Assembly: GCA_044892525.1 (NCBI GenBank)
Contig: CM097887.1
Location: forward strand, 74,896,001-74,960,000
Length of the DNA: 64,000 nucleotides
Source of the DNA: Schmidtea polychroa
Lineage: Eukaryota
Direction of reading: 5' to 3'
Shown piece by piece: positions 1-12,299 of this stretch. Below the pieces are notes generated by a model. The model searched no databases, was not told the DNA's origin, and saw nothing but the letters and a program-made list of their open reading frames with translations. Made by a program: the position numbers and the translations under genes. The stretch's first letter is position 1. Each line of letters opens with the position of its first letter.

Positions 1-4
1 GAAA

Positions 5-988
5 ATGTCGGAAATCAAAACTGAAATTCCCGTAAATATTGAAATGACAGATGTAGAACTTAAAGAAACTTTAACAGAATATGGGAAATCTTATGAGGAA
101 ATTTGGAATTCATTGCAATTTGAAGAAATGTTGATTTCATGTAATTATAACGATGTCTATTATAGAGTTACTAGGCATATAAAATGGTTCTATCTAATTT
201 ATGAATTTGAGATGCTTTTTAACAATGTCGTATTATTAATACAAAGAAAGTCCATATTTTTTAAAGAAATTACTAATATTTATGATCAAGTATTAAATCG
301 AAAACAAACCATTCTTTTTTCCGAGAGACTTCAAGAACATTTGGAATATTCAACAAATCTATTGCAATTGTTTCTAAAAAGAATTTTCATTTGCTTTAAA
401 AGTTTGATGATAAATGAAATGGGAGTTTTTTTCCCGTTATTAATAACAGAACAAGACCAGTTAAATTTCATCTCACCAGATATTCCTTTTAAAAATGTTG
501 AAGTAGAAAACAAGATAATTGAGTTAAATTTTCTGATATTTGATAATATCTATGGTCGGCTTAGTTTTTATTATCAGCAATTTGAAATCGCTGTCTATTG
601 CTTAGAGTATTTGTCAGAAATAGGAAATTCTGTTTTGAAAGCTACCGTTTTAACAAATATTTCAATTCTCGAAAAAGAAATTCTTAAAAGTGAACTTAAT
701 TATTTTGAAGCTAAGTTGAAATTTGAAGATAAACAAATTAGGGACTACCATTTCGAGCCTGATACCAATTTGGATGACCTAATTAAAAGTGTATCAGATC
801 TAATAGGAAACATTTTAGCGCTTATAACTGGATATAATACAATTGAAGATGTCCAAGGCATTAAAAACACATGTATAGAAAATCTAGAAGCTATCAAACT
901 TGGATGTTACACCGTCGAAATAGGTGAAGAAATTTACTATTTTCTGTGTTTAGTGGAAAACATTAACTCGGTGTTGAAAGAGTTATGA
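5..988 (+). CDS. Intronless orphan ORF, 327 aa, unknown function (may extend 5' of the window)
   Basis: 984-nt stop-free ORF in very AT-rich DNA, where random ORFs are short. Glu/Leu/Ile-rich composition, probably helical. No motif recognised. The frame is also open from position 2. Confidence 0.6.
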   Translation: MSEIKTEIPVNIEMTDVELKETLTEYGKSYEEIWNSLQFEEMLISCNYNDVYYRVTRHIKWFYLIYEFEMLFNNVVLLIQRKSIFFKEITNIYDQVLNRKQTILFSERLQEHLEYSTNLLQLFLKRIFICFKSLMINEMGVFFPLLITEQDQLNFISPDIPFKNVEVENKIIELNFLIFDNIYGRLSFYYQQFEIAVYCLEYLSEIGNSVLKATVLTNISILEKEILKSELNYFEAKLKFEDKQIRDYHFEPDTNLDDLIKSVSDLIGNILALITGYNTIEDVQGIKNTCIENLEAIKLGCYTVEIGEEIYYFLCLVENINSVLKEL

Positions 989-2049
989 AAGTTACGCTTT
1001 CTTGTTATGGATTGTGTTTTGAAAATATAAACTTTGTCTAAAATCTTTTTATGTTAATTTTAATCATTACTTACTAATTAACAACTGGTAAAGATTAGAT
1101 ATTTTTATTAACCTCGCTTGAAAAGTTCATTATTATCATATAATATAGTTGATAGAAAGATCCCAGAAAGAATTAATTAAATATCATAATCTAACTATAT
1201 TTATACAAGCATTATATTGAACTATTTGTTTATTTAGTTTTTTTATACTTAATATTTCTAATTATAAAGGATGATTTCTTGGTAGTAGCATTAAGTAAGT
1301 AATTATAATATATGGCTTTAGCTGTGAAGTATATATTCAATAAAATGACAAATTACGATTATGAAAACACCTTTATCAGTTTCCTGGAATTTAGCTGCTC
1401 CAATTTACAAATGCTTTTTGATCTTCACTTTCATTTCCATTTTCTCTCTCTTAATGGTTTAAAATAAAACTTTAATAATTTAAATTTACTCTAAACTTCA
1501 AAATAAAAAATTTGTAAATTTTAATAAATTTGTAGATTTTAATTTTTTAATTGAATTTTTTAGTAACTGCAATTTATAAAATTTTTTATATCGGTTTTAT
1601 TCGAAAATAAAATAATATATTCATTTTAGTGCTTTGTCTAAAATAGTTTTAGTCCGTATTATCGTAACTATGAAATACATTATAATTAATGTCCAAAATT
1701 TATTGAGTATAAAATTGTGATGTCGCGATCTGAATTCCACCTGATGGTAATAATGATTTGACTGATACTGGTTCCGGATGAAAAGTTGCTCCTAAATTAT
1801 TGTTATAAATTTTATTGGTGCGCTTCATCTCTTCTTTATTCTATTACTATTTATTTCAGACTTGCGTTTTTGTTTCTTATTCTGATTATATAAACAAGTG
1901 TTTTTTGAATACTTTTATTTTCTATATAGTATTTTTAGTATATTTTAATATAATATATATAAATAAATATGCAACTATGAATAAAGTGGAGGCAATACAA
2001 TAGCTCCTGCCGAAGTACGCGGAAAGTATGTGGACGGAATGAAGTGGAA

Positions 2050-3600
2050 GAGGATCAACTGTCGATGGTAGTGTCCAACAGATAATCTGCGAGGTATTGA
2101 GGGGAACAGCGGATGCGGTTGGTTGAACATGTGCCGGGTAGGATTTTGTCAGATGGAATAGATGGTAGGGGATCAGTACCTGGGGGGATGGAACACATGA
2201 AGGGTCTTTCTACAAGTCTTCGTCGACTATAAGGTTGATGGCGGTAGATTGTGTTGATCATTTAGGACGAGGGCAGGGTTGAGGTGGTTTATAACTGAGC
2301 AGTTTTTTGAAAAGCTTGATCACCGGAAAAGGTCCTTTATTACGAAGTTTCATGTTTGAGGCGTGCCAAGCTGATTGGAGTGACTTTGGGATGCAGGGTA
2401 TAGTAACGTAAATGCAGGTAATGTAAGTGTGTGAGAATGATGTATTTGCATTCGAAAGTGGAGGAAATTTGTAGGACTCATCTGAATCATCTCTTTTAAA
2501 AAAACTGTCTCGGGACAGCTGGGGTGTTTGTGTGTAGGTTAGTAAATAACATTATTACAATTATAAATTACTAATAAACAAAACCAGCAACTGAATTGCT
2601 ACAACTTTTATTAACGAAAGTAAATAAAACGCACTTTTAAATCTTTGGGAATGTTTGAACTAGAATTTTATTCAGAATTTTTGGGTAATATAACGACCAT
2701 TGTTATAGGATCTCGAAGGGTATTTTGTAGGATAAAGTTGAAAGATAAGATCCTTTCAAAATACTCGGTTCCTTTGATTTGGCTATTAGTTGTGAAGCTC
2801 GAGAGATCGTTATTGGATAGTTGAGTGAGTAGATTTTTACGAGTTGTTTGATCTTTAGGAATGCTTGAATTTTAATTTGATTTCGGATTCTAAATATGTT
2901 TGGTGGTTGTTTTATATTGTATAATTCTTTTTGGTTTTCAAATTACTTTACTTTCAATTAATCAGAAATTTCCAAATTAATGTCCAAAGTTAAACCGACT
3001 TATATTCAATTCTTTATTATCGATTTTTTTATTTTTGAATTCCTTATAGTTTGCTGGAAAGGTATAAATATGAAGGTATAGATATGGAATAAATAAGAAA
3101 AACCAAAAAATAAAATAATGACAGTAAACGCAAAACTTTGGGGGGGGACTATTCATAACATAGGGTTTGTATAATGTTGAGTATGTAAAGGAATGGTTGG
3201 AATCTAAGGACATGAAGTGTTTGCGGGTATGATTTATTTGTTGTAACGAGGAGTCTGAATCGGTCTCTATTAGTTCCGATGACATGCGTGTATTCGTGCC
3301 AAACAGAAATTGAGCTGGTGATGCCCCACTAGAACAATCAGGTGTGTTGTGCCATCCAAGTAGTAAGAAAGCTAGTGATTTGGTCCATCCTGAGGAAATC
3401 GAAAGAATGAGGAGTGATGCTTTGATAGTACGATGCATAGGATGTTCTACTAAACCCGCTGTATTCACCAGACATTGGTCCTTCCAACTACAACTTGTTT
3501 CAGCCGATGACTCATTGCCTAGCCTTTGCTTCTATGATGATGCGAAAAGTTGGGTTGACTCTTGGATCGCCTCTTAAAACGAAGCATTTAAAATACCTGA
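2050..3600 (-). mobile_element. Degenerate Ty3/Gypsy pol 3' end (integrase C-terminus and tail), interrupted by unrelated sequence at about 2550-3150
   Basis: Minus ORF 2977-3468 reads AGLVEHPMHRTIKASL..W...L..LLLG.HNTPD..SGASPAQFLFG, resembling the integrase NG.VER.HRTLK..SPA.L.FG region. KLRNKGPFPVIK (GPF motif) near 2320-2350. Tail ..RIRCSPQYLADY. Confidence 0.65.
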
Positions 3601-4043
3601 AAGATGGGCAAAAGTTGTAGCTAACGATAGACAATACTTTGAATAAAATACATTGTAGCAATTTCTCTTAATAAAGCTTCAAAGTTATAAGATACCATCA
3701 AGACTTATTTGTACCCCTAATAAATATCGCATTAGATAAATTTAAAGATTTTGTTTTTGTAATTAACATTTGAAATTATTACATAATATTTTTTTATGTA
3801 ATAAATTAACTTTGTAATAAATTAAATTTACTTCGGTACCTGTCGAACTTCCACATATCTGAAATATGTCCTATTAAAATGGATGCCAATTCCTGTGCTA
3901 GATAAAAGATAACTTTGAATCTAAATTTTGAATATTTTTGGATATTAACTAAAATTTCCTATTGAACAAATTATTTCACTAAGGTAAATTTTTTATAGAA
4001 GATTTTCAACAGAATTGACTGCTACATTGAAAAATTTGCACAA

Positions 4044-4496
4044 ATGACAAACAACTGTAAATGTACAACAAGTTTGAAAAGAGATGAACTAACTCTTTCT
4101 AATTATTTGTTGGAAGCCTGTGGCGCCAAATGTGATAATTGCTCAATGGATTTCATTCTCGACAAACTTAACACTATTTTTCTTAAAAATGTTGCCAGAG
4201 CTCAGTTTATACCGATTCAAGAAATAATTAATTCAACTAGATCTGAGGTTGTAGTGCCAATAGGTGCATCGAGTACCTCATGCAGTTATTCAATTTCAAA
4301 TAACTTTCCTGAGCCGGGTTGGCTTCGTAAGTGGTTATTGAAACATTTAGGCGATGGTGTGATAGCAGGAGTGGTATATAATGATCTAATAAATAACAAT
4401 TACAATTGTAGGCCTTGTAATAAAGTCATGTTTCGATTAATTTCTGGATATAGTGATGAAGGTAATTATATTTTTTATAATAATTATAGATTATGA
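4044..4496 (+). CDS. Cys-containing orphan ORF or exon, 150 aa (open back to a putative acceptor at 3998)
   Basis: 453-nt open frame, also open 15 codons further upstream to tttttatag| at 3998. Host-like codon usage. No recognised domain. Confidence 0.45.
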   Translation: MTNNCKCTTSLKRDELTLSNYLLEACGAKCDNCSMDFILDKLNTIFLKNVARAQFIPIQEIINSTRSEVVVPIGASSTSCSYSISNNFPEPGWLRKWLLKHLGDGVIAGVVYNDLINNNYNCRPCNKVMFRLISGYSDEGNYIFYNNYRL

Positions 4497-6126
4497 TTTA
4501 AAATTATCAGCATATGGAAATAAGGTCAAGTAAAACAATATCTATAAATTAATTTGTAATTTTTTATATAAACTTTTATATATCATATCATATACTAAAA
4601 TTTCTTTGTATTATATTTAATATTTATTTATAAATATAAAAACTTAAAAATTTATTCCAAAAAGCTATCTATTCATATAAAATCTATATTCCCAATTTTT
4701 TAGGAATGTGTACTTTTTGGTGGTGACCTAGTAGGTTAATATTTTTGGAAAACGAGTACTTAAAAATTTTGTCAAACAAAAAAACAACTAGTTCTACCAC
4801 AATAGTTTCCTTAAATTATTGACTGGTTTTTTAAAAAGGCCAATATTTATTAATAATGACATAGCGTCGATAGCACAGATGCAGTTGATGTACATTATTT
4901 ATCGATGTTGGTATAGTACATCGTTTTAGGTGGGAGATCTAGGACTTCTTTCGATGTAGATGTTTTCAGCATTTGTCTTTTCAATTTCTGTCTTTTTTGA
5001 CATCAGGTTTGGCAATCCTACCTTCGAGTCGGTTTAATATCCACATTTTCCGGTTTAAAAGCCAGCTTTATCTACTATAAGTTTTAGTAATTCCTGCATC
5101 TGGCATATGTGAGATTTGTGAACTTGAGACGCACATAAACATGATTGCGATCAATATAAAAATTATTGGGAATATCGCATATTAAGAACGGCTGTTATAA
5201 TTTTTTTCTTATTATTAGAAGCTGCTTACACATCTTCTAAATTCTTTTTTAAATCCGGTTCAAAAGTTAACGTCATAATTTCAAGTATTTATTTAATGAA
5301 ATATTGTATAATTTCCAAACAAATTTTCCGCGTTGAATAAAATATTTTCAAAACCATTTATTAAAATTTCGATATTTAAAATATATTTATTTAAAAATGA
5401 TACGGTTAAAAAGCTTGTTAATTTTACAATTTAAAAATTTAAAAATTTCAATTTAATAATTATTTTAAAAGTTATTTTAATCGTCAATAATTTATCATAT
5501 AAAATAAATCTTAATAAATTAATAAATTCTCAGCTGAAAACACCTCACACTTATCATTTTTCTTATTAATAAATTAAGCTAAATCCTTATGTTACTTACG
5601 AAAAACTTTAGTCAACTTACACTCACATTCCAATAGCGTTGAAATTTTGAAGTGCATAAAGGTTTTTTTAAAAAAAAATCTAAATATCTTTTCAATTTCT
5701 TTTTATATTATTGATCAAAATATTTTTATATATTTTATACAAATTTATGGCACTTGTTTTTAAATATAAAATCAATAGTCTCCATGGATATAAAGAAATA
5801 AAATTTTCATTAAATGAATTTTTAACTCTAAAAAATGTCTATTGCCGGATTTCTTTATTGCTAATTTTTAGAATTTCATTTAACAATACCAGTCGAAAGC
5901 ATTAAAGACGAAATTATCGAAAATCATCTCCTACAAGAAGAGAGTATAAAAATTTTGAAATCCAATATTTTGAAATGTCATCATCATAATAGCGATTTTG
6001 AAACGATCTTAACTCAAAATGATCATAGATTCAGTGAAATGAATGTTCTAGGTATCTTTTCATTTATAATAATATCCCGGTCAGTGCTCTGGATATGGTA
6101 ATGACAAGTAAAGTACTTATCAAGGT

Positions 6127-6162
6127 CTCTCTCTCTCTCTCTCACTCTCTCACACACACACA
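6127..6162. repeat. Compound (CT)n/(CA)n microsatellite
   Basis: tctctctctctctctcactctctcacacacaca seen directly. Confidence 0.8.
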
Positions 6163-6816
6163 ACTAACACTAAAACTTCTCCTGTCGTTAAGAAAAAATC
6201 GTCTTCATAATGCATCGTTGACTTTTTCTGGCATCTTCTTAATATCCTTAGCTTTATATTTGGACTTCGCGAATGTCATTAGTTAATAGTTTCTCAAACT
6301 TCGATGATTGTGAAGCCATTTTGCTCCCTGGTTGTTGCAGAAATTCAAAATTTCCAAAAATCAGTCTTGTAGTGTTTTCCATTCCCTCGAAATGTCGATT
6401 TACATTGGTAAATGCATTATTGGTTCTGGTTTTGAACAACCGAATCCTGATAATTATGATGCCAAAGTATGAACGCACACACATACACACATATTTAGTA
6501 TATATTTATTCGCTTTTGAATGTTCCATATTTCTATTTGTACAAGCTTACTATTTTTCTTCCAATACTTTACTTTTTAGAAACACGTCCAGAGTTCTAGC
6601 GCACAATAATAAAAGGAATTTAACGTTATTTTCAGGTCAAATTGTTGGTACGTTCCGCGAGAGATCCAGTGATAGTTTTAGAGGTTTCGTCCCAGATGAG
6701 GTTCATCACATTAAAATTCCAAATATGCACCGAAATGGTGTAATGTTAGTAATAAACATCTGACTGATTACGGGCCATCATATCAACTCAGATTATTAGA
6801 TCAATGCAAACCTGAA

Positions 6817-7009
6817 NNNNNNNNNNNNNNNNNNNNNNNNNNNNNNNNNNNNNNNNNNNNNNNNNNNNNNNNNNNNNNNNNNNNNNNNNNNNNNNNNNNN
6901 NNNNNNNNNNNNNNNNNNNNNNNNNNNNNNNNNNNNNNNNNNNNNNNNNNNNNNNNNNNNNNNNNNNNNNNNNNNNNNNNNNNNNNNNNNNNNNNNNNNN
7001 NNNNNNNNN
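6817..7009. other. Assembly gap (N run)
   Basis: 193 Ns. Confidence 1.
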
Positions 7010-7577
7010 ATTTTTTCCTTCAGCATTTTATACTGCTTTATTATAAAGAGCATGATCATTCTTATTTTACTAATAACTTTTTGTATAATAAACATACAAT
7101 TTGTTGTTTTCTTTATAAAACAAATAGTTATGGACATTTTGACGAGGTTATAAATTAAATAATTGCAGTCATTCGTGTGTTACGTGTGATGTTTTATCGA
7201 TTAAATTTTTATCTAGTTTGGTTTATTAACATTTTGATTGGGCAAATTACTTAGACATTTAATAATGTATGTAAATTGGAACCGAAGGTATGGTACAAGA
7301 AATTTAAGGTTCATTAAATGGTCTCTTCAATCAAGCAATCAAAGGCTCTTTGGATACTTTAGTAAGATGTAAACTATTTTAGCGGGTTATACGAAAGGGG
7401 TGATGGACGGGAAAACAAAGTCTAAAGTGATTTAGATTAACAGTACGAAAAATTTTGATCAAATTGCGTTTTACAGCATGCTCGAATCGATTAAAAATTC
7501 GAAACACAAAACCTTGGTTGACGCAACATCAAAATAAAGAAAAATAAAATAATTGAAATAAATCACAAAACCAAGTA

Positions 7578-8963
7578 CAGGTAACCCTCGATTAACACGG
7601 TAGTTTGGTTCCAAGAATACTCCGTGCTAATTAAAACCGTGTTAATTGAGACTAACAATTAATACAATTCATGGGGTTTGGTTCCAAAAAATTTAAAAAA
7701 TGATTTATGTTTTTGATAGATTTTATTATTTTCATGCATCCAGTACAAAAACAGAAGATTGAAAATAAATATCAAAATAAAAATATGGCATAATTTAAAT
7801 TGACCATAGATAAGGTTAACAAATTCCATCATAACCACTTTCAACTTCATCATCACTCTCAAAATCTCTGAAAAAATATGTAATGTGTGGCTGAATAATT
7901 TTTACTGGTGCTTCTTCATCACTTGAATAATTTTCTGGCACTTCATTAGTCGCTTGTGGTTTCTGGATTATGGTTATCAAATCAGTGAGAAGAGCATGTT
8001 TTTGATATTTTTTAAGTTCTTTCTCGACTTCTCGGTAAGAAGCTAAGCATTTTCCTATCTCGCGTTGAATTTTCAGACTACGGTCCATTGACGTATTATT
8101 GTCAAGGAAATGGCTTTCTAATTTTTTAGCCATCTCAAATCCTTCTCTTAATGATTTGAGTGTGAAGTTTTGCTCCGCGGCATCACTCTCAGTATCAGTG
8201 TCTGAGCTTGGTAAATCCGTATAAGTTTCGTTGACCATCGCCTCTAACTCCTCTTCTCCCAAATTTGGTTCGGCTAGCAATTCTTTCACATCCCGAATGG
8301 CCAAATTTTCAAATCCTTCTCCGCCTAAGGAATGAGCTAAATCGACAATAGCACGATATTCATCCAATACTGCTCGACCACTATAAAATCTTATTGGTTT
8401 TAAATGTATCTTAACTGAACTGATTTTAAATGATTTAAAATTTAAATTTACTTAATTCTGACAATTTTTATTTTTTAGAAATCACTTCTTTTCACTTTTA
8501 TTTATTAAAAATCAATTTTTATTTTTTAAAAATCACTTCTTTAAAGGGCTTCTTTTCACTACAAGAAATCAGTAATGTATGACTTGAATGGCTTGGACAT
8601 AAAATATACAAACATAAAAAACAGTTACTGCGATTGAGAAAATTTGAAAACGTACATTACATATGTATACATATTTAAAAAAACAAGCCAACTAAGATTG
8701 TACAAATTTGAAAATGTACATTACATTACATATATTTATTTATACGTATATGTATACGTATATGTACATAAAAAAGTCAACTAAGATTCTACAAATTTGA
8801 ATTTTGAAACCGTGTTAATTAAGGGTTTTCATCAATTTTGAAGCCGTGTAAAATCAAAACCGTGCTAAAAAATATCGTGTTAGACAAGGGTGTGCCGCGA
8901 TATTTTAACCGTGTTAAAGCGAAATCGTGTTATTCAAGTACCGTGTTAATCGAGGGTTACCTG
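7578..8963 (-). mobile_element. Tigger/pogo (Tc1/mariner superfamily) internal-deletion derivative, 1386 bp
   Basis: Perfect 25-bp TIRs (CAGGTAACCCTCGATTAACACGGTA at 7578-7602; reverse complement at 8939-8963), TA on both sides. Repeated subterminal AACCGTGTTAA motifs. Minus ORF 7816-8367 resembles the Tigger/TIGD1 transposase C-terminus (IVDLA...GGEGF...DV.ELL; L.EGF..A..L..F). Confidence 0.9.
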
Positions 8964-9677
8964 TAGTACAACACTAAAGAAATATAAAAATGACAGAGTC
9001 AACAAAAATTCAAATTCATGACGATAAAGGAAACTAGAAATAAAATATCGGAAATCGCACAAAAAACAATGTACAATTAAAAAAAATGATAACATTTGAC
9101 ACAATATCATTGAAAATGACGATGTAGTGACAACTCAACTAAATTGAGTTAACCGTATACTTTTAGATTTAAAGTGTCCTAATTCTGTGTTTAAAATTGT
9201 AATTAGTTTGTTAATAAAATAAAAAAATTAATTTTCACAGTTATTCAATAAATTCTATGTTAAATTACATTTATTAGATTAAATTATATCTATTAGGTGG
9301 TTCCAACATGGTACCGAAATTAGTAAAAGTTAAGTAAAATATACAATTTTATGATTAAATAAGTATCAAATAGCTAAAATTCGCCATTTAAAATGATAAA
9401 AATCACATTAAAAAATATAAAAGAATATAGAATATTCTGGTAAATTTCTACCATGGTATCGAAATAAATAAAATATAAAAATTTAGAAATTAAATAAATA
9501 TTAATTATACACAAAATGACTTATAAATGATAAAAATAAAATAAAAATATCATTATGATTGAAAGAATTCAAATTTGTTTTAATGAATCAACGGAGATTG
9601 GATTATATATTGCTGAAAAATTGAATTAAAAAATTTTTAATGAAAGAAATAGAAAGATATCTTGCGTAAACGGTAGT

Positions 9678-10800
9678 ATGTTAGGGATTTTAGGAAAAGT
9701 TTCTCTAAGTTTAGAGTTTAATAATAAAGAGATAACTGGAGAATTTTTCGTTGCTAAGGAAATATACCCACAAGTAATTGTAGGAATAGATATATTGAAT
9801 TCTTTAGATATTAAGTTAGTTGAATTTTATAATGAAAATGTCCTCAGTTTGCAAGCAAAATCTGGTAATAATTTAAAAGTAAATAATAAAAATAAATTTA
9901 TGAATGAAATATTGAAAATAGAAAAATGCAATCTGATATATGAAATAGTTGTTGAATTCTCAGATATTTTTATGTATAATAAATATAGGCAAAACAGATA
10001 TTTTAAAGCACAGAATAGAAACTAATTGCAACCCAATACTAATTAAGCCGTGGTGACAACAAATGCATTATGAAGAAAAACTAGAGGAAATTGTTAAAAA
10101 CCTAGAGGAAAATAAAATTATAGAGAAATGCGAATCACCTTGCCATTCACCAATAGTATGTGTGCCAAAAAAGGGAACTTCTGAAATTCGGATGTGTTTG
10201 GATTTTAAATTCAAATACAGTTAGACCAGCTTTTCCAATTCCCAATGTTGATGAAATGTTCGATTCTTTGTATGGGGCCAAATATTTTTCGTCGATCGAC
10301 TTAGGAAATGCCTATTATCAAGTTGAATTGGATGAAGAGAGTAAATTGAAAACAGAATTTTCTACAAGACAGGGCCAATTATGTTTTAATAGGATGCCTT
10401 TTGGAATAGCTGCCGCACATCAACGTTTCAAAAACTTAAAGTTTCTTGGACATATAATTAATGAAAAAGGTATCAAAACAGATATTCTAAGATTGAAACA
10501 ATTAAAAATGTAAATTGTGTGAAATATCTTAGGAGTTTTTTAGGATTGTGTAATTACTATAGAAAATTTATTCAAAACTACTCAAAAATAGCTAGGCCAT
10601 TGGAATCTTTGATTGGAGGTAAAAACAAAAGTACTATTTGAACATCACTATGTGAAAAAGCTTTTGACGAGTTAAAAAATAGTTTGATCAGTGCACCATT
10701 ACTATGCCATGCGGATTTTAATAAAACGTTCATTTTAGATACCGATGCTAGTTTTGATTGTATTGGCGTTGTTTTATCGCAAAGAGATGACAATAATGAA
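9678..10800 (+). mobile_element. Degenerate Ty3/Gypsy pol fragment (protease end, RT, start of RNase H)
   Basis: FSSIDLGNAYYQVEL..TEFST..GQ..FNRMPFG; [15 protein letters not shown]; FILDTDASFDCIGVVLSQ. Several frameshifts and an internal deletion. Confidence 0.85.
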
Positions 10801-12219
10801 GAAAAGATATTTCTTCCAACAGCGATTTTTTTCTATCTTTCTATAGTGTAATTGCCAATTTAATGTCACCTTGCTAATTCAATGCCACTTCTGGCTATGA
10901 CACACACACATTATTTATAGGTAAGTTAATATTTATATTATTAAATTTGCAAATCCATAGCCATTTGATGATAACTTTCGGAATTAGGTGTACAACGATA
11001 TTCAATGTCAAATTAACCAGTTGGTACCTTTTGCTAGGCAATGTTAGTGGTGGTTAGAGAGTGGTTATCAGCAAAAATTAAGCGCACCTATATTGGAGTA
11101 AATTTGGAATGGCACATTTATGGGTTTATGGACTTCCGATCTAAGATTTGTGTGTAATTTGAACTCATTGTTCTTTTTCCTTAGAATTAAACCTGCCGTA
11201 TCTGCCATGAGTTATCAAGTGTTGTGGCGTAATTTGGATAGCCACACATCCTTTTTAACTGATTAGCTAAAACCAAATCTATTCAAGGAAATTAAGTAAT
11301 ACAAATTTAAGGTTTTATATGCAAAAGTAACAATTAAATTGTCTAGATAATATTTTGCTTATAAACATAGACACACTCATCGTCGAATTTTTTTCTTTTT
11401 CCGGGTTCGTAGCTCTTACCAATCCAAGGCTACACTACGGATTTGAAATCGGCACCATATGAACCTCTTGTTTCACTTGGAAAAATTTCCGATTGTTGTG
11501 AGGTCCTCTTGGTATCATTCATTGGGATACTTCGTCGTTGTTAGTCGCATGGTGGTCTTCTGGCTCGAGACGTATAACTCGCAACTTGAGTTTGTTAGTC
11601 AAGAACTTGTAATGAAGAATTAATGAAAAGAAGTTTTGGTCGTTAGTTTTCAATCACATTTAAAACTATCAACCAGACGGTGAATACAAATTTGCCGTAT
11701 TCTAAGTCAAAAACAGTTGTAGTTAATATATGACTTGGAACTCAACATAAATCAGTCTATTGTTTCAAAAATTTATTGACGTTGAAGACGGATTTTTTAA
11801 TAGAAGATTTTGTAACTACTAAGTTTTAAGTCAAGACTAAAATATTACACTAATATAACGTTTCGTTACTCACCCTATATCATTTTATTTTTCAATATTT
11901 TATATATGCAACTTAATTTCTATTTCAAATTACTAAATATGTCTTTTTGAATAATATAAATCTTTTTTAAGATAGCTTTGATTATTGGAAATATATTATT
12001 CAAGAAAGAATTAATATAATGGAAAATTCACCTTAACTATTTGATACTTATTTGTTTGACAGAGCTCCAACGATAACTCATTAATTTAATTTCTAATTGT
12101 TAGTATATTTTAGTAATATTTATTAGTTTATTCAATAACTCTTGAAATTGTTGAATAAAGAAGGTTTTAGCGAAAATTAATATAAAATTTTCAGATAATC
12201 GGTTTTGTTAGCTTCAATA

Positions 12220-12299
12220 ATGGCCCTTAAACAAGACATTGGAAGTCCATGCTTAGAATGCAATGATAGATGTAAAGGGTTTCAGTTGCACGGTTGGAG
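12220..12299 (+). CDS. lmpt: LIMPETin/Limpet coding exon 1 (MALKQDIGSPCLECNDRCKGFQLHGWR)
   Basis: G.PC..C...C.GF..H.WR is the N-terminal Cys/His motif of the Testin/Prickle/LMCD1/Limpet family. Phase-2 donor AG|gttagc at 12300. An in-frame TAA at 12196 fixes the ATG at 12220. Confidence 0.9.

Noticed and set aside
3984-3998. Possible 15-nt micro-intron gtaaattttttatag
   Set aside because: Splicing it meets an in-frame TGA at 3963 with no ATG, and it is far below the 54-nt short intron seen here.
6796-7137. ORFs spanning N runs (also near 13.3, 35.3 and 40.1 kb)
   Set aside because: Artefacts of Ns translating as X.
7200-7500. KNFDQI motif suggesting a non-LTR RT relic
   Set aside because: A single weak motif with no supporting RT segments.
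10940-11300. Minus-strand FDIEYR and FADNHSL motifs suggesting a further RNase H relic
   Set aside because: Too degraded to support with coordinates or a family.
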